Shown piece after piece: positions 38,228 to 46,823 of a stretch of 64,000 nt of DNA. The notes below the pieces were generated by a model that was given only the letters and a program-made list of their open reading frames with translations, ran no database searches and was not told where the DNA came from. The position numbers and the translations under genes were made by a program. Position 1 is the first letter of the stretch, and every line of letters begins with the position of its first letter. Source of the stretch: an uncultured Gammaproteobacteria bacterium (GTDB lineage: Bacteria; Patescibacteriota; Patescibacteriia; UBA1558; 2-01-FULL-52-15); assembly GCA_964402565.1 (NCBI GenBank), contig CAYOCJ010000002.1, positions 316,659 through 380,658 on the forward strand. Reading direction: 5' to 3'.

Positions 38228-38258
38228 GCTGATCACACTGAACAAGGAGACCAACGAA

Positions 38259-39203
38259 ATGAACCTGAGCAAGTCCATCAATCGCATCATGTTCGCCCTG
38301 GCGCTGGTCTGCGTCTCGACGCAGCTCTTCGCGCAGACCCCGTTCAAGGTTGCGTCCAACTCGTCGAGCGGCACGTACGACAGGATGCTCGGCGAGATCA
38401 TTGCCGTCTGCAACAGCGACGAGCTGGAGATCGTGAGCGCTGACGTGAAGGGCGGGGCTGTCGGCAACCTGGACGCGCTCTACAACAACAAGGTGAACGC
38501 CGCGTTCATGCATTCCGACGTGTTCATGTCGAGTGCACAGGCCGACCCGAATTACAACCGATTCCAGACCTTGGTCGCGCTCTATCCCGAGCCGATCCAC
38601 GTGTTGGCGCTGAAGGTATCGAAGACCACGGAGAACGGCGCGCTTCACTGGGGGAAGGCTGCCTTCGGCAGTCTTGCGGAGACCAAGGGCTACAAGGTCG
38701 GTGCAGCAGGTGGCGGTGTCGTGACCGCCAGAATCTTGCAAGGGCAAGGTGAAGGCGGTTTCAGCGTCGTGCCATACAATGACGGCAATGAAGTCATTGC
38801 CGCGCTCGACAAGGGCGAGATCGCTGCGGCGATTTTCGTTGGAGCAGCTCCGCTGCCGAACCTGGAAAAACTGGATAAGCAGAAGTACAAGCTCATCCCG
38901 ATCGGCGCAACGATCGAGAACAAGGTCCAGGGCGTGTATCGTCCGGCCTCGGTGAATTACCCGGGCCTGACAAGCGGCCCGCTGCACACACTCGCGCCCA
39001 TGGCCACGCTCATGACCAAGAAGTACACCACGCCGGCCATGATCGACATGCAGCGCAAGTTCAGGGATTGCTTCAATACCCACCTGGGTGAGCTGAAGGA
39101 CGGCCATTCGCCGAACTGGGAATTCGTCGAGGCCGGCGATCACGGCGTACTCACCTGGTACGAGATCCCGCCTGCAGGTCCTGCGGCTCCCAAGAAGAAG
39201 TAA
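38259..39203 (+). CDS. TAXI-like periplasmic solute-binding protein
   Basis: Signal peptide; SGTY, GAVGNL..L, LYPE.IH. Confidence 0.75.
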   Translation: MNLSKSINRIMFALALVCVSTQLFAQTPFKVASNSSSGTYDRMLGEIIAVCNSDELEIVSADVKGGAVGNLDALYNNKVNAAFMHSDVFMSSAQADPNYNRFQTLVALYPEPIHVLALKVSKTTENGALHWGKAAFGSLAETKGYKVGAAGGGVVTARILQGQGEGGFSVVPYNDGNEVIAALDKGEIAAAIFVGAAPLPNLEKLDKQKYKLIPIGATIENKVQGVYRPASVNYPGLTSGPLHTLAPMATLMTKKYTTPAMIDMQRKFRDCFNTHLGELKDGHSPNWEFVEAGDHGVLTWYEIPPAGPAAPKKK

Positions 39204-39357
39204 GTTCCGCGTTTTCTCAATAACACTGTCTAAAAAGGACTGAGCAGACCTGCTGCTCCCCGCCATGTCGCATGACCTGGCGGGTTCTTTTTTTACTTGG
39301 CTAATTTCATTCCTTACTATATACTAGTCGCGTGAACCTAAGTATTAAAAGGTAACT

Positions 39358-39732
39358 ATGCTTTCAACATCAGTGATATTTGCTACCGCGCCGACGACAG
39401 ATGTCGCCCGCGCCAAAGAGTTCTATACAGAAAAAGTCGGTCTCAAAGTAATGCATGAAGATGAAGCCGGAGTGGCTCTCGAGGCGGGGAGCGGGTCAAG
39501 TATTTATTTGTATAAGCGTGCTCCGTCAAAGGCTGACCATACAGTCGCTTCATTCATGGTGTCCGACATTGACTCAGAAGTGAACGAGCTTCGTTCAAAG
39601 GGCGTGAAGTTTGAAGATTACAATATGCCCGGCCTCACCACCGAAAATGGCATCGCTACCTGGGGCAAGGACAAAGCAGCTTGGTTCAAAGATCCGGATA
39701 ACAATATCATCGGATTGTTTCAGAAAGGGTAA
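39358..39732 (+). CDS. VOC/glyoxalase family protein
   Basis: A.EFY...GL, AWFKDPD.N. Confidence 0.92.
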   Translation: MLSTSVIFATAPTTDVARAKEFYTEKVGLKVMHEDEAGVALEAGSGSSIYLYKRAPSKADHTVASFMVSDIDSEVNELRSKGVKFEDYNMPGLTTENGIATWGKDKAAWFKDPDNNIIGLFQKG

Positions 39733-39804
39733 GCATTCTTTGCATGGTTTAAAAAAACGCCGGACAGATATCCGGCGTTTTTGATGTGACTAGAGACGCA
39801 TCAA

Positions 39805-40407
39805 TTAAACAAGCGAACCAGTTTTGACTTCTCCTGCACGGCTGTAGTAGGCAATGATAACGCCGGCAGGGGAAACTTTTGAATCGATCAGCTTGTAGGC
39901 CGCAGGCATGGTTCCTTCGGCAAATAAGCGTTTCCCTGATCCCAAAGTCACTGGAAAAATCTTTAACCACAATTCATCGATCAAGTCGTTTTGAAGCAAG
40001 GTTTGTATGAAGTTGCCGCTGCCGTATACTTGTAAGTCGCGGCCATCTGCTGCCTGTAGCTGTTTGATCTGGCCGACAATGTCTCCGGTAAGGACCGTGG
40101 TGTTTTCCCACGATGGCTCGAATTGGCTATGCGAAGCAACGTATTTATGAGCATTATTGAACAGATTACCGATATCGTTCGGGTGGTGCGGCCAGTAAGC
40201 TGCAAAAATAGTATATGTTTTTTTGCCGAGCAATAGATCAAATGGTTTGCTCATTTCATCGGCAACCGCCTTGCCGCCGAACTCATCCATATAGGGAAAT
40301 GTCCAGCCCCCGAATGTGAAGTTTCCCGACTTGTCTTCTTCGGGGCCTCCGGGCGCTTGCAGTATGCCATCAAGCGAGATCATGCTGAGGACTATGATTT
40401 TACGCAT
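39805..40407 (-). CDS. Dihydrofolate reductase-like (RibD C-terminal) protein
   Basis: SLDG..QAPGGP.ED, LLLG.KTY, GS...G.GKRLF. Confidence 0.92.
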   Translation of the reverse strand: MRKIIVLSMISLDGILQAPGGPEEDKSGNFTFGGWTFPYMDEFGGKAVADEMSKPFDLLLGKKTYTIFAAYWPHHPNDIGNLFNNAHKYVASHSQFEPSWENTTVLTGDIVGQIKQLQAADGRDLQVYGSGNFIQTLLQNDLIDELWLKIFPVTLGSGKRLFAEGTMPAAYKLIDSKVSPAGVIIAYYSRAGEVKTGSLV

Positions 40408-40723
40408 ATCGTTTTTTTAATGTAGATTTTTTATTCAGAACATAGCGGACTGACCTGCTGATGCGCTTATCGGTTCGATGAAAACACCCAAGCCAGCAGC
40501 ATGGACGGCGCATTCCTTCTTTCAGTTCCTTGCGAACACGTTCAACATGTTCTTTTCTGGTTTCCGCCTTTTTTACGAAAATGGTCCAGCATATCCACTC
40601 ATTGCGCGCGAGCGGCGTAATATCCTCCCAAGCAGTCAAGGCTTTGGCGTCCGATATTAATGCCTTCCTCAAATCTGGCGGTAATGCATGTACGACTCCG
40701 CCAGAGATTTTTTTTGTGCTCAT
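40400..40723 (-). CDS. YdeI/OmpD-associated family protein
   Basis: LP.DL..AL, W..ITPLARNEW.CW, K..TR, RPCCW.GC.H. Confidence 0.8.
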   Translation of the reverse strand: MSTKKISGGVVHALPPDLRKALISDAKALTAWEDITPLARNEWICWTIFVKKAETRKEHVERVRKELKEGMRRPCCWLGCFHRTDKRISRSVRYVLNKKSTLKKRYA

Positions 40724-41145
40724 GCGTTCTGCTGAGAAGCGCTCCACTGTTTCCATGCGAATTTTGCAATGATCACCGCCGCGAGTATAAGCGTGAAATG
40801 GAAACCGTACTCAATTCGGATGAGCTGATTATAATCGCCCATATGCATGGTGCGGTGCAGGTTGTCATGCGGCCACCAGGATCCGAGCGACCAGGCTATG
40901 GAGAAGAAAACAAGCCAGTCTTTCGTGCTTCGACCACGCATCAGTTTCCATCCAAAAATAAGAAATGCTACAGCAATGCCAAAGCCTATCGCTTCAATAG
41001 CAGCGACTCCCATCAAGAATGGGATTTGAGCTGAACTCGGTTGCATCACATCAGGCAGATCAGGCCATATAATGCGATCAAGAACAAATGCTGCGGCAGC
41101 AGCTACAATTGTGGTGATCACCGGCCACAGTTTCTTTTGTCCCAT
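40720..41145 (-). CDS. Hypothetical 4-TM membrane protein
   Basis: WWPHD..H and EY.FH motifs. Confidence 0.75.
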   Translation of the reverse strand: MGQKKLWPVITTIVAAAAAFVLDRIIWPDLPDVMQPSSAQIPFLMGVAAIEAIGFGIAVAFLIFGWKLMRGRSTKDWLVFFSIAWSLGSWWPHDNLHRTMHMGDYNQLIRIEYGFHFTLILAAVIIAKFAWKQWSASQQNA

Positions 41146-41203
41146 AGAAATAAAATTAGCTTATTTATTATGGCAGTAGTGTAACATGAATGGACCGAAG
41201 AAT

Positions 41204-41815
41204 CTAACTTTGTTTTGTGTTGATGCCAACGAAGATCCAGAAGATCCAGGTAATCGTAGTGAGGACCGCAATGGTGACAGGAAACCAAAATGCCAATACT
41301 GAAAACAAGGTATACAAGACGAACCCATAATACCCATAGCCGGTATTTTTGCGGACGGTGTTAAGCAAATTTTCGCTTACGAGATTTCCTGCTATAGAAG
41401 CTCGACCGAGTAATACCCAGCCAAGAGCCTGCAGAGCAAGCACGGCATTATACAAAACAACCGCTGGCGCAGCATACGGAGTGAGAATATAGTTGCCGAG
41501 CAAAGCAGTAGGATATGGCATAACGACAACGGTAAGCAGCAAAAAAGCATTGGCATAGATCGATGCGATGGAGAAGCTGCGAAGAGATTTAAAATTGTTG
41601 TGATGATTGACCCAGGTAATGAAAATAACAACGAAGCTCAGAATAAAAGCAAATACAGACGGAGCAGTGGCCTGCAATGCATTCCACAGATCAGAGGTCG
41701 AATGAATGACGGCAACTGAAGGGATTTTTATATCAATAATAAGCAGCGTCAAGGCAATAGCAAACACGCCGTCGCTGAATGCTTCAATTCGTGCATTGGG
41801 ATTTGATTCGGCCAT
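41204..41815 (-). CDS. TMEM175 family protein
   Basis: RIEAFSDGVFAIALTLL, W..HH. Confidence 0.92.
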   Translation of the reverse strand: MAESNPNARIEAFSDGVFAIALTLLIIDIKIPSVAVIHSTSDLWNALQATAPSVFAFILSFVVIFITWVNHHNNFKSLRSFSIASIYANAFLLLTVVVMPYPTALLGNYILTPYAAPAVVLYNAVLALQALGWVLLGRASIAGNLVSENLLNTVRKNTGYGYYGFVLYTLFSVLAFWFPVTIAVLTTITWIFWIFVGINTKQS

Positions 41816-41913
41816 GAGTTTTCATCATTATATCAGAAACAGCTAATGTTGAGCTACGTATGCTGGTTACATTTTAAAACAGCGAGGTATGTGTTAGACT
41901 GGTAAAGTAACCA

Positions 41914-42681
41914 ATGAAAAACAAACATCAATCACTTGGCTTTACTTTGATCGAGCTGCTGGTAGTCATAGCTATTATTGGCCTTCTGGCGGCAATAGTC
42001 ACGGTCAATGTTAACGCTGCCAGAGAACGAGCCAGAATGGCTCGCGCACTCGGTTTCGAAGCAACGATCAACCACGCGTATACTTCGGATCTAGTCGGCG
42101 AGTGGAAGTTAAATGAGACAGCTGGCACCGTAGCCGCAGATACTTCCGGCACAGGCAATAATGCCAATTTAACAGGCAACCAAAATTGGAGAACAAGCAG
42201 CTCATGCGTTCATGAGGGCTGTTTTTATTTTGACGGGTCTTCGTACTTTGATGCAGGGAATTCGAATACGTTAGGCTATAGCGGCGCTCAATACAAGATC
42301 ATTGCTTTTTGGGTAAAACGCAATGATGCAGGAGTGCTAAGGTATATTGTATCCAAATTTGGAGAATATAATTCAAAGTTTACTGTTACCAATGTATTAG
42401 GCCACGCCTATGGATATACAGGCGGCACACAAGACGCAGGGACAGAATATATCAATGATACAAAGTGGCATTATATTGTGCAGGTTAACGACTGGGTCAA
42501 ACAACGAGCTCTTGGGTATGTGGATGGCGCGTTGACGTTCAATGTAGATCGCAGCACGTATGCGAATCCGCCTTCTACTTTAAATTATCCTTTATTCTTA
42601 GGCAATGAATCAGGCGCTGTAGGCGCTATGTTGGTCGGTTATCTGGATGACGTACGAATTTTCGCTGCGTCAACATTGTAG
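41914..42681 (+). CDS. Type IV pilin-like protein with LamG domain
   Basis: GFTLIELLVVIAII; W..NE..G, W..I, YVDG, G.LDDVRIF. Confidence 0.9.
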   Translation: MKNKHQSLGFTLIELLVVIAIIGLLAAIVTVNVNAARERARMARALGFEATINHAYTSDLVGEWKLNETAGTVAADTSGTGNNANLTGNQNWRTSSSCVHEGCFYFDGSSYFDAGNSNTLGYSGAQYKIIAFWVKRNDAGVLRYIVSKFGEYNSKFTVTNVLGHAYGYTGGTQDAGTEYINDTKWHYIVQVNDWVKQRALGYVDGALTFNVDRSTYANPPSTLNYPLFLGNESGAVGAMLVGYLDDVRIFAASTL

Positions 42682-42744
42682 CGTGATCGGAATGCATATT
42701 TCTTGAGACACAAAAACACGCCTGAGCAGGCGCGTTTTTTATTT

Positions 42745-45219
42745 CTAGGCCGGATTCCAGACAGTATGCAGATGCCGTATCCAATACCGCAGCATGCCCA
42801 CCAATCGCGGCGGCAGTTTCTCTATTTTGCCGCAGATCCAATGGATAGAGCGGACATAGCGCAGGACAAAAATGTTTTTGCTTATATAGAGGTCGAATTG
42901 GCTATACTCATTGTTTGCGAATTGGCTCTTAAATGAGCTCTTCCCGCGGGACAGGTCAGCCTTCGCAATGCCGCGTTCATACAATGCAGATAAGAGTTGT
43001 CCTGCAACAAGCTTTCCCGGCATCAGCGATCGAAGCTCTGATCGATACGCCAAATGAGTGGCATAAAAAGTATCATGGCTGACCATGCCGAATGAATGAG
43101 CAATAGGCTTGGAATCCAGATAGAGCAAGCCGACAACGCAATTGGCTGCAGGAGCAGACATGAGCTCCCGATAGAGATCTTGGGCAGCCTTTTCATAAAA
43201 GAGGTCTGTCCGCTCTTTTGGTTTAAAACTATTGTTTTCAATATCGATCATCGCCGGCAATTCAGAAGCTATAGAGCCTGCATGTAGCTGAAACCGCAGT
43301 CGGTCGCCAAATGCGGCGGCTCTATTTTTCAGCATTGCTCTGTGCTTCTTCGACATTAACTGATACGGATCCTGCGTCAATGATACATAAAGGCTCGCCG
43401 AAGAACTGATCAAGCTCGCAGCAGGCTGATCCGATGCAAGAGGGAGCGCAAATCGTTCCTCAAGCTCGGCGATATATACATTTCCGAGAAGCGTGAGCTG
43501 GCTGAATAGAGTTTTCAGCACTTCTTCATTGCTGTCTTTCGTAAGCAAAGATGATTTATCTAAAAAGTGCGAACCCGGCGATCGATAAAAACGTAATCCG
43601 TATTTCTTTTCGATGGTAAGCGGCAGGATTGCGTGCAACGCATTATTTTCGTACACGGTCACGACGGCAAACTCGCGAATATCAAAAGCAGTACGACATG
43701 CAGCGAACCATGCATATGAATTGAAGGGATGCGCATTCTCGGAGCTATTCCAAAGCTGTTCCCATTCGTGTATCAGATCGGGATCTAACTGATGATGGAT
43801 AGAAGCCTGTATATTCGCCACTTGAGAAGTAACCGGTAAGCGCTGATCATTGTCCTGGCGGGGCTTTTTGAATAACCTATCGATAGTTTCAAACAGTGCA
43901 ACTATGGCGGTGACGAAACCCACGAGCACAGGAGCTCCAAAGTAGGTCGTAGCTGTTCGCAGTTTTTTTCGCATGACAACATAGTCCGCAGCTTTGCCAG
44001 GGTCTTGCGTGATCATGTCCTCCAATGGTGGACAGACGAGCGTTGGCAGCATTGCATGTAACAGGCCTTCGAAGCGGTCGTAGATAACCCCGTAGTCAGC
44101 TCTCGAACTTCGCTTATACAGATCAAATTCTTTTTTTGAAAGCTGAGCGAGCGTATCCATATGCACTTTCCTGTTTTTTTCATACAGAGGCAGGATACTA
44201 TTCCAGTCGCAATGATATGCATCTACCAGGTTCGCTAATTCGAGCGCATCGCCGAACCCCGCAGACACGCCTTGTCCGTAAAACGGATAGAACGCATGGG
44301 CTGCATCGCCGAGAATAGCGCTGAAGCCTTCGCGGTGCCAGTGCGAGGTGCGTACGGTTACAAAACTGCCCTCAGGGTTGTGCAAAAGGGCCTCGCTGAT
44401 GACGGGAAGAGCCGGCAATAATGTTGGAAATTCTTTTTCAATGAAGCTTTTGATCGCGTCAGGCGTTGTCAATGCAGCGAATCCCTTTTCCCCATCCTTA
44501 GGCAACGCAAGCATCGCAACATGTGAACCATTACGGTCCGGATGTGACGGAAGGACAGCATCGGTCCGCGTCCAGGCGTATGAGATATTTTTTTCTAATC
44601 CAAGTTTTTGTGCCAGCTCTTTCGGGATCAAGATCTGCTTATAACTCCAATCAGCATATTCTTCAGAGTGCTCTGCATCTAGGCCATGGAGCATGGCCGT
44701 CCTGGTCGCCGAATGAACACCATCGGTTCCTAACACCGCTTGCACCGGCACTTGTTCTATCTTTTTTGAACCTTCATGCTGGATGCAAATGACCTTCTGA
44801 GCATAGTCTATACCTGCGAGAGCAGTGCCGAACTGAAAACTGACATTCGGATAGCTCATTGCTTCGTTCAGGATAATTTCCAAAAGTGTTGCGCGCCCTA
44901 TCGTATAGCAGGGATCTTTTGTTTCGTCCAAGGACGTACAGATAGGCTTCGAGGATTTTTTTATCTCGGTCATGAATCCTTTCAAGCTCAGCGTGTGCGG
45001 CTCAACTTTCTCCCAGAGCCCGGCTTCGCCTAATGCACGCCGTGCATACCTCCGGAAGGTGAGATTGAAACTGCGTTTAGAAGACCGCGCAAGAACATCT
45101 TCCCGGCTTGCCTTTTCATATACAATGACCGTTAAACCTCGCTTTGCGAGCAACGTAGCCAAAAAACAACCGGTTAGTCCGGCTCCTATAATTGCAATTG
45201 GTCGTTTATCGTCGCTCAT
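42745..45219 (-). CDS. Kynurenine 3-monooxygenase-like FAD enzyme fused to CelD/BcsL-like GNAT domain
   Basis: GAGLTG, RS.NL, DG.HS.TR, GDAAHA..PFYGQG; C-terminal W..LW...PF....W, PG, D...G...FK. Confidence 0.85.
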   Translation of the reverse strand: MSDDKRPIAIIGAGLTGCFLATLLAKRGLTVIVYEKASREDVLARSSKRSFNLTFRRYARRALGEAGLWEKVEPHTLSLKGFMTEIKKSSKPICTSLDETKDPCYTIGRATLLEIILNEAMSYPNVSFQFGTALAGIDYAQKVICIQHEGSKKIEQVPVQAVLGTDGVHSATRTAMLHGLDAEHSEEYADWSYKQILIPKELAQKLGLEKNISYAWTRTDAVLPSHPDRNGSHVAMLALPKDGEKGFAALTTPDAIKSFIEKEFPTLLPALPVISEALLHNPEGSFVTVRTSHWHREGFSAILGDAAHAFYPFYGQGVSAGFGDALELANLVDAYHCDWNSILPLYEKNRKVHMDTLAQLSKKEFDLYKRSSRADYGVIYDRFEGLLHAMLPTLVCPPLEDMITQDPGKAADYVVMRKKLRTATTYFGAPVLVGFVTAIVALFETIDRLFKKPRQDNDQRLPVTSQVANIQASIHHQLDPDLIHEWEQLWNSSENAHPFNSYAWFAACRTAFDIREFAVVTVYENNALHAILPLTIEKKYGLRFYRSPGSHFLDKSSLLTKDSNEEVLKTLFSQLTLLGNVYIAELEERFALPLASDQPAASLISSSASLYVSLTQDPYQLMSKKHRAMLKNRAAAFGDRLRFQLHAGSIASELPAMIDIENNSFKPKERTDLFYEKAAQDLYRELMSAPAANCVVGLLYLDSKPIAHSFGMVSHDTFYATHLAYRSELRSLMPGKLVAGQLLSALYERGIAKADLSRGKSSFKSQFANNEYSQFDLYISKNIFVLRYVRSIHWICGKIEKLPPRLVGMLRYWIRHLHTVWNPA

Positions 45220-45413
45220 CCAAAAAATTAATTGGAAAATGTATTAGAAATTCTTTTGCATTTCGGTTTTAAATAACCTGATACTGTACATAAAAGAAGC
45301 TAACTTGTCAATGCACCTGGCGGTATATAATGTCTGATTATTTTTTCTTGGCGCCGAATTGTGGTGGAAGTTAGGAATGCAATTGTTAATTAAAGTGTTA
45401 TAGGGAAGTACGT

Positions 45414-45442
45414 TTGACAATACACCTCTCGATTGGTAATTT
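45414..45442 (+). promoter_or_regulatory. Sigma70 promoter
   Basis: TTGACA-17-TAATTT. Confidence 0.6.
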
Positions 45443-45480
45443 TATCCATTGCCAATACACGCAAATAAGGGAGGGTTGGT

Positions 45481-46119
45481 ATGAGTTGGCCGAAACGAAT
45501 TGTCCTTTTACGTCACGGGGAGTCCGAGGGGAACATTCGGTCGTCAGACGATATTTCTTTTGAAGATAAAGCAAACCATGCGTTTGCGCTTACTGAGAAA
45601 GGCCGGGAGCAAGCTCGAACCGCGGGCATGCGTTTACGCGGAGGATGGCCGGAGTTTGACTCATACTTCTGTTCAACCTTTCAGCGAACACAAGAGACAT
45701 TGTCTCTCGCCTACCCTTCAGCAATACCTGTCATTGATTCTCGGCTCAACGAGCTATGGCGCGGCATTTGGCATACGATGTCGCGTGAAAAAGTCCTGGA
45801 GCTATATCCCGAAGAATCTCGAATACGGGAACGTGAGGGCGAGTACCACTACCGTCCTCCTGGGGGCCAAAGCTGCCAGGACGTTGAACTGATGATCTAC
45901 TCCTTTCTGCTGAGTCTGCGGGCCGACTACGCTGGCAAGAACGTCCTCATCTCGGCTCATGGTAATTGGATGTTGCTCTTTTGGAGAATTGTTTGCAATC
46001 GTTCGCCGATTGCATTCGAGTCTCGCTACAAAGGAGATAAGTACAAAAATTGCGCGATTGCTGAGTACGATGGAACTTCGGCAGGCATCACGCTTATTAG
46101 AGAGGGTGTTCTGCCTTAG
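45481..46119 (+). CDS. Histidine phosphatase (phosphoglycerate mutase) family
   Basis: RHGESEGN, RL.E, SAHG. Confidence 0.92.
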   Translation: MSWPKRIVLLRHGESEGNIRSSDDISFEDKANHAFALTEKGREQARTAGMRLRGGWPEFDSYFCSTFQRTQETLSLAYPSAIPVIDSRLNELWRGIWHTMSREKVLELYPEESRIREREGEYHYRPPGGQSCQDVELMIYSFLLSLRADYAGKNVLISAHGNWMLLFWRIVCNRSPIAFESRYKGDKYKNCAIAEYDGTSAGITLIREGVLP

Positions 46120-46274
46120 CTTTAATAGCTTGTGCCGGGACTTGTCCGACTGTCACCAAGAGCCGCGTTACCGTGTAATTGCTTTATCGGAGCGCGGCTT
46201 TTTCTTTTTACAAAATAAAAAAAGACAGCCCGAGCGCAAAGCCCGAGCTGCCGATCCTGTGGACTGAAACGGAG

Positions 46275-46574
46275 CTACCCGTTTCCTTGCAGGGACATAA
46301 CCAGTCCCTGAACGCCAATCTGGAGTTTTCCCAGGATATAGCGAGTCCAGCCAGGCTTCGGGGGCACTTCGATTTCAAGTGTCCCCGCGACCGCACGCAT
46401 GATGCATTCGAGTGATCGCGCGTGCGGATACTTGGTTTCCCTTGTATCGCCCGCCAATTCACCTTGCAGTGTGCGCGCAAGAGACGTGATCGCCTCTTTG
46501 CCGAGTCCCTTCCTTTTCAGTTGGGAAAGGGCTCGTTCAAGTTCCACCTGAAATTGAAAGATCCGGTCATCCAT
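46275..46574 (-). CDS. Hypothetical protein
   Basis: AAGGAG SD before ATG 46574; divergent promoter TTGACT-16-TATTAT at 46647-46674. Confidence 0.6.
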   Translation of the reverse strand: MDDRIFQFQVELERALSQLKRKGLGKEAITSLARTLQGELAGDTRETKYPHARSLECIMRAVAGTLEIEVPPKPGWTRYILGKLQIGVQGLVMSLQGNG

Positions 46575-46715
46575 GCGATGTTCTCCTTGTGATAGGAATG
46601 GATGTGCCCGAATACCCAAGCAATTTGGGTTCCAGGTTAACAGCGCATAATATAGCTTTTCTAGGAAAAGTCAACTCTATATGAATCCTAACTTCACTGT
46701 TGTATTCAATAAACA

Positions 46716-46771
46716 TTGACTTTTCGGTACTTTTTTGGTACGGTCGAAAGTCTTTTTGATGTTCATTGACA
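46716..46771 (+). promoter_or_regulatory. Sigma70 promoter plus boxA-like element
   Basis: TTGACT-17-TACGGT; TGTTCATTGACA 46760-46771. Confidence 0.6.
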
Positions 46772-46823
46772 ACCGTCTGTGCGGTTGTCTCCAACCATTC
46801 TGGACACCCTGAGGAGGGAGATA

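Noticed and set aside
38139-39266. 375-aa minus-strand ORF (similar cases at 55557-56471, 59305-60021, 61902-63011)
   Set aside because: Antisense shadows of well-supported genes; codon bias removes stops on the opposite strand.
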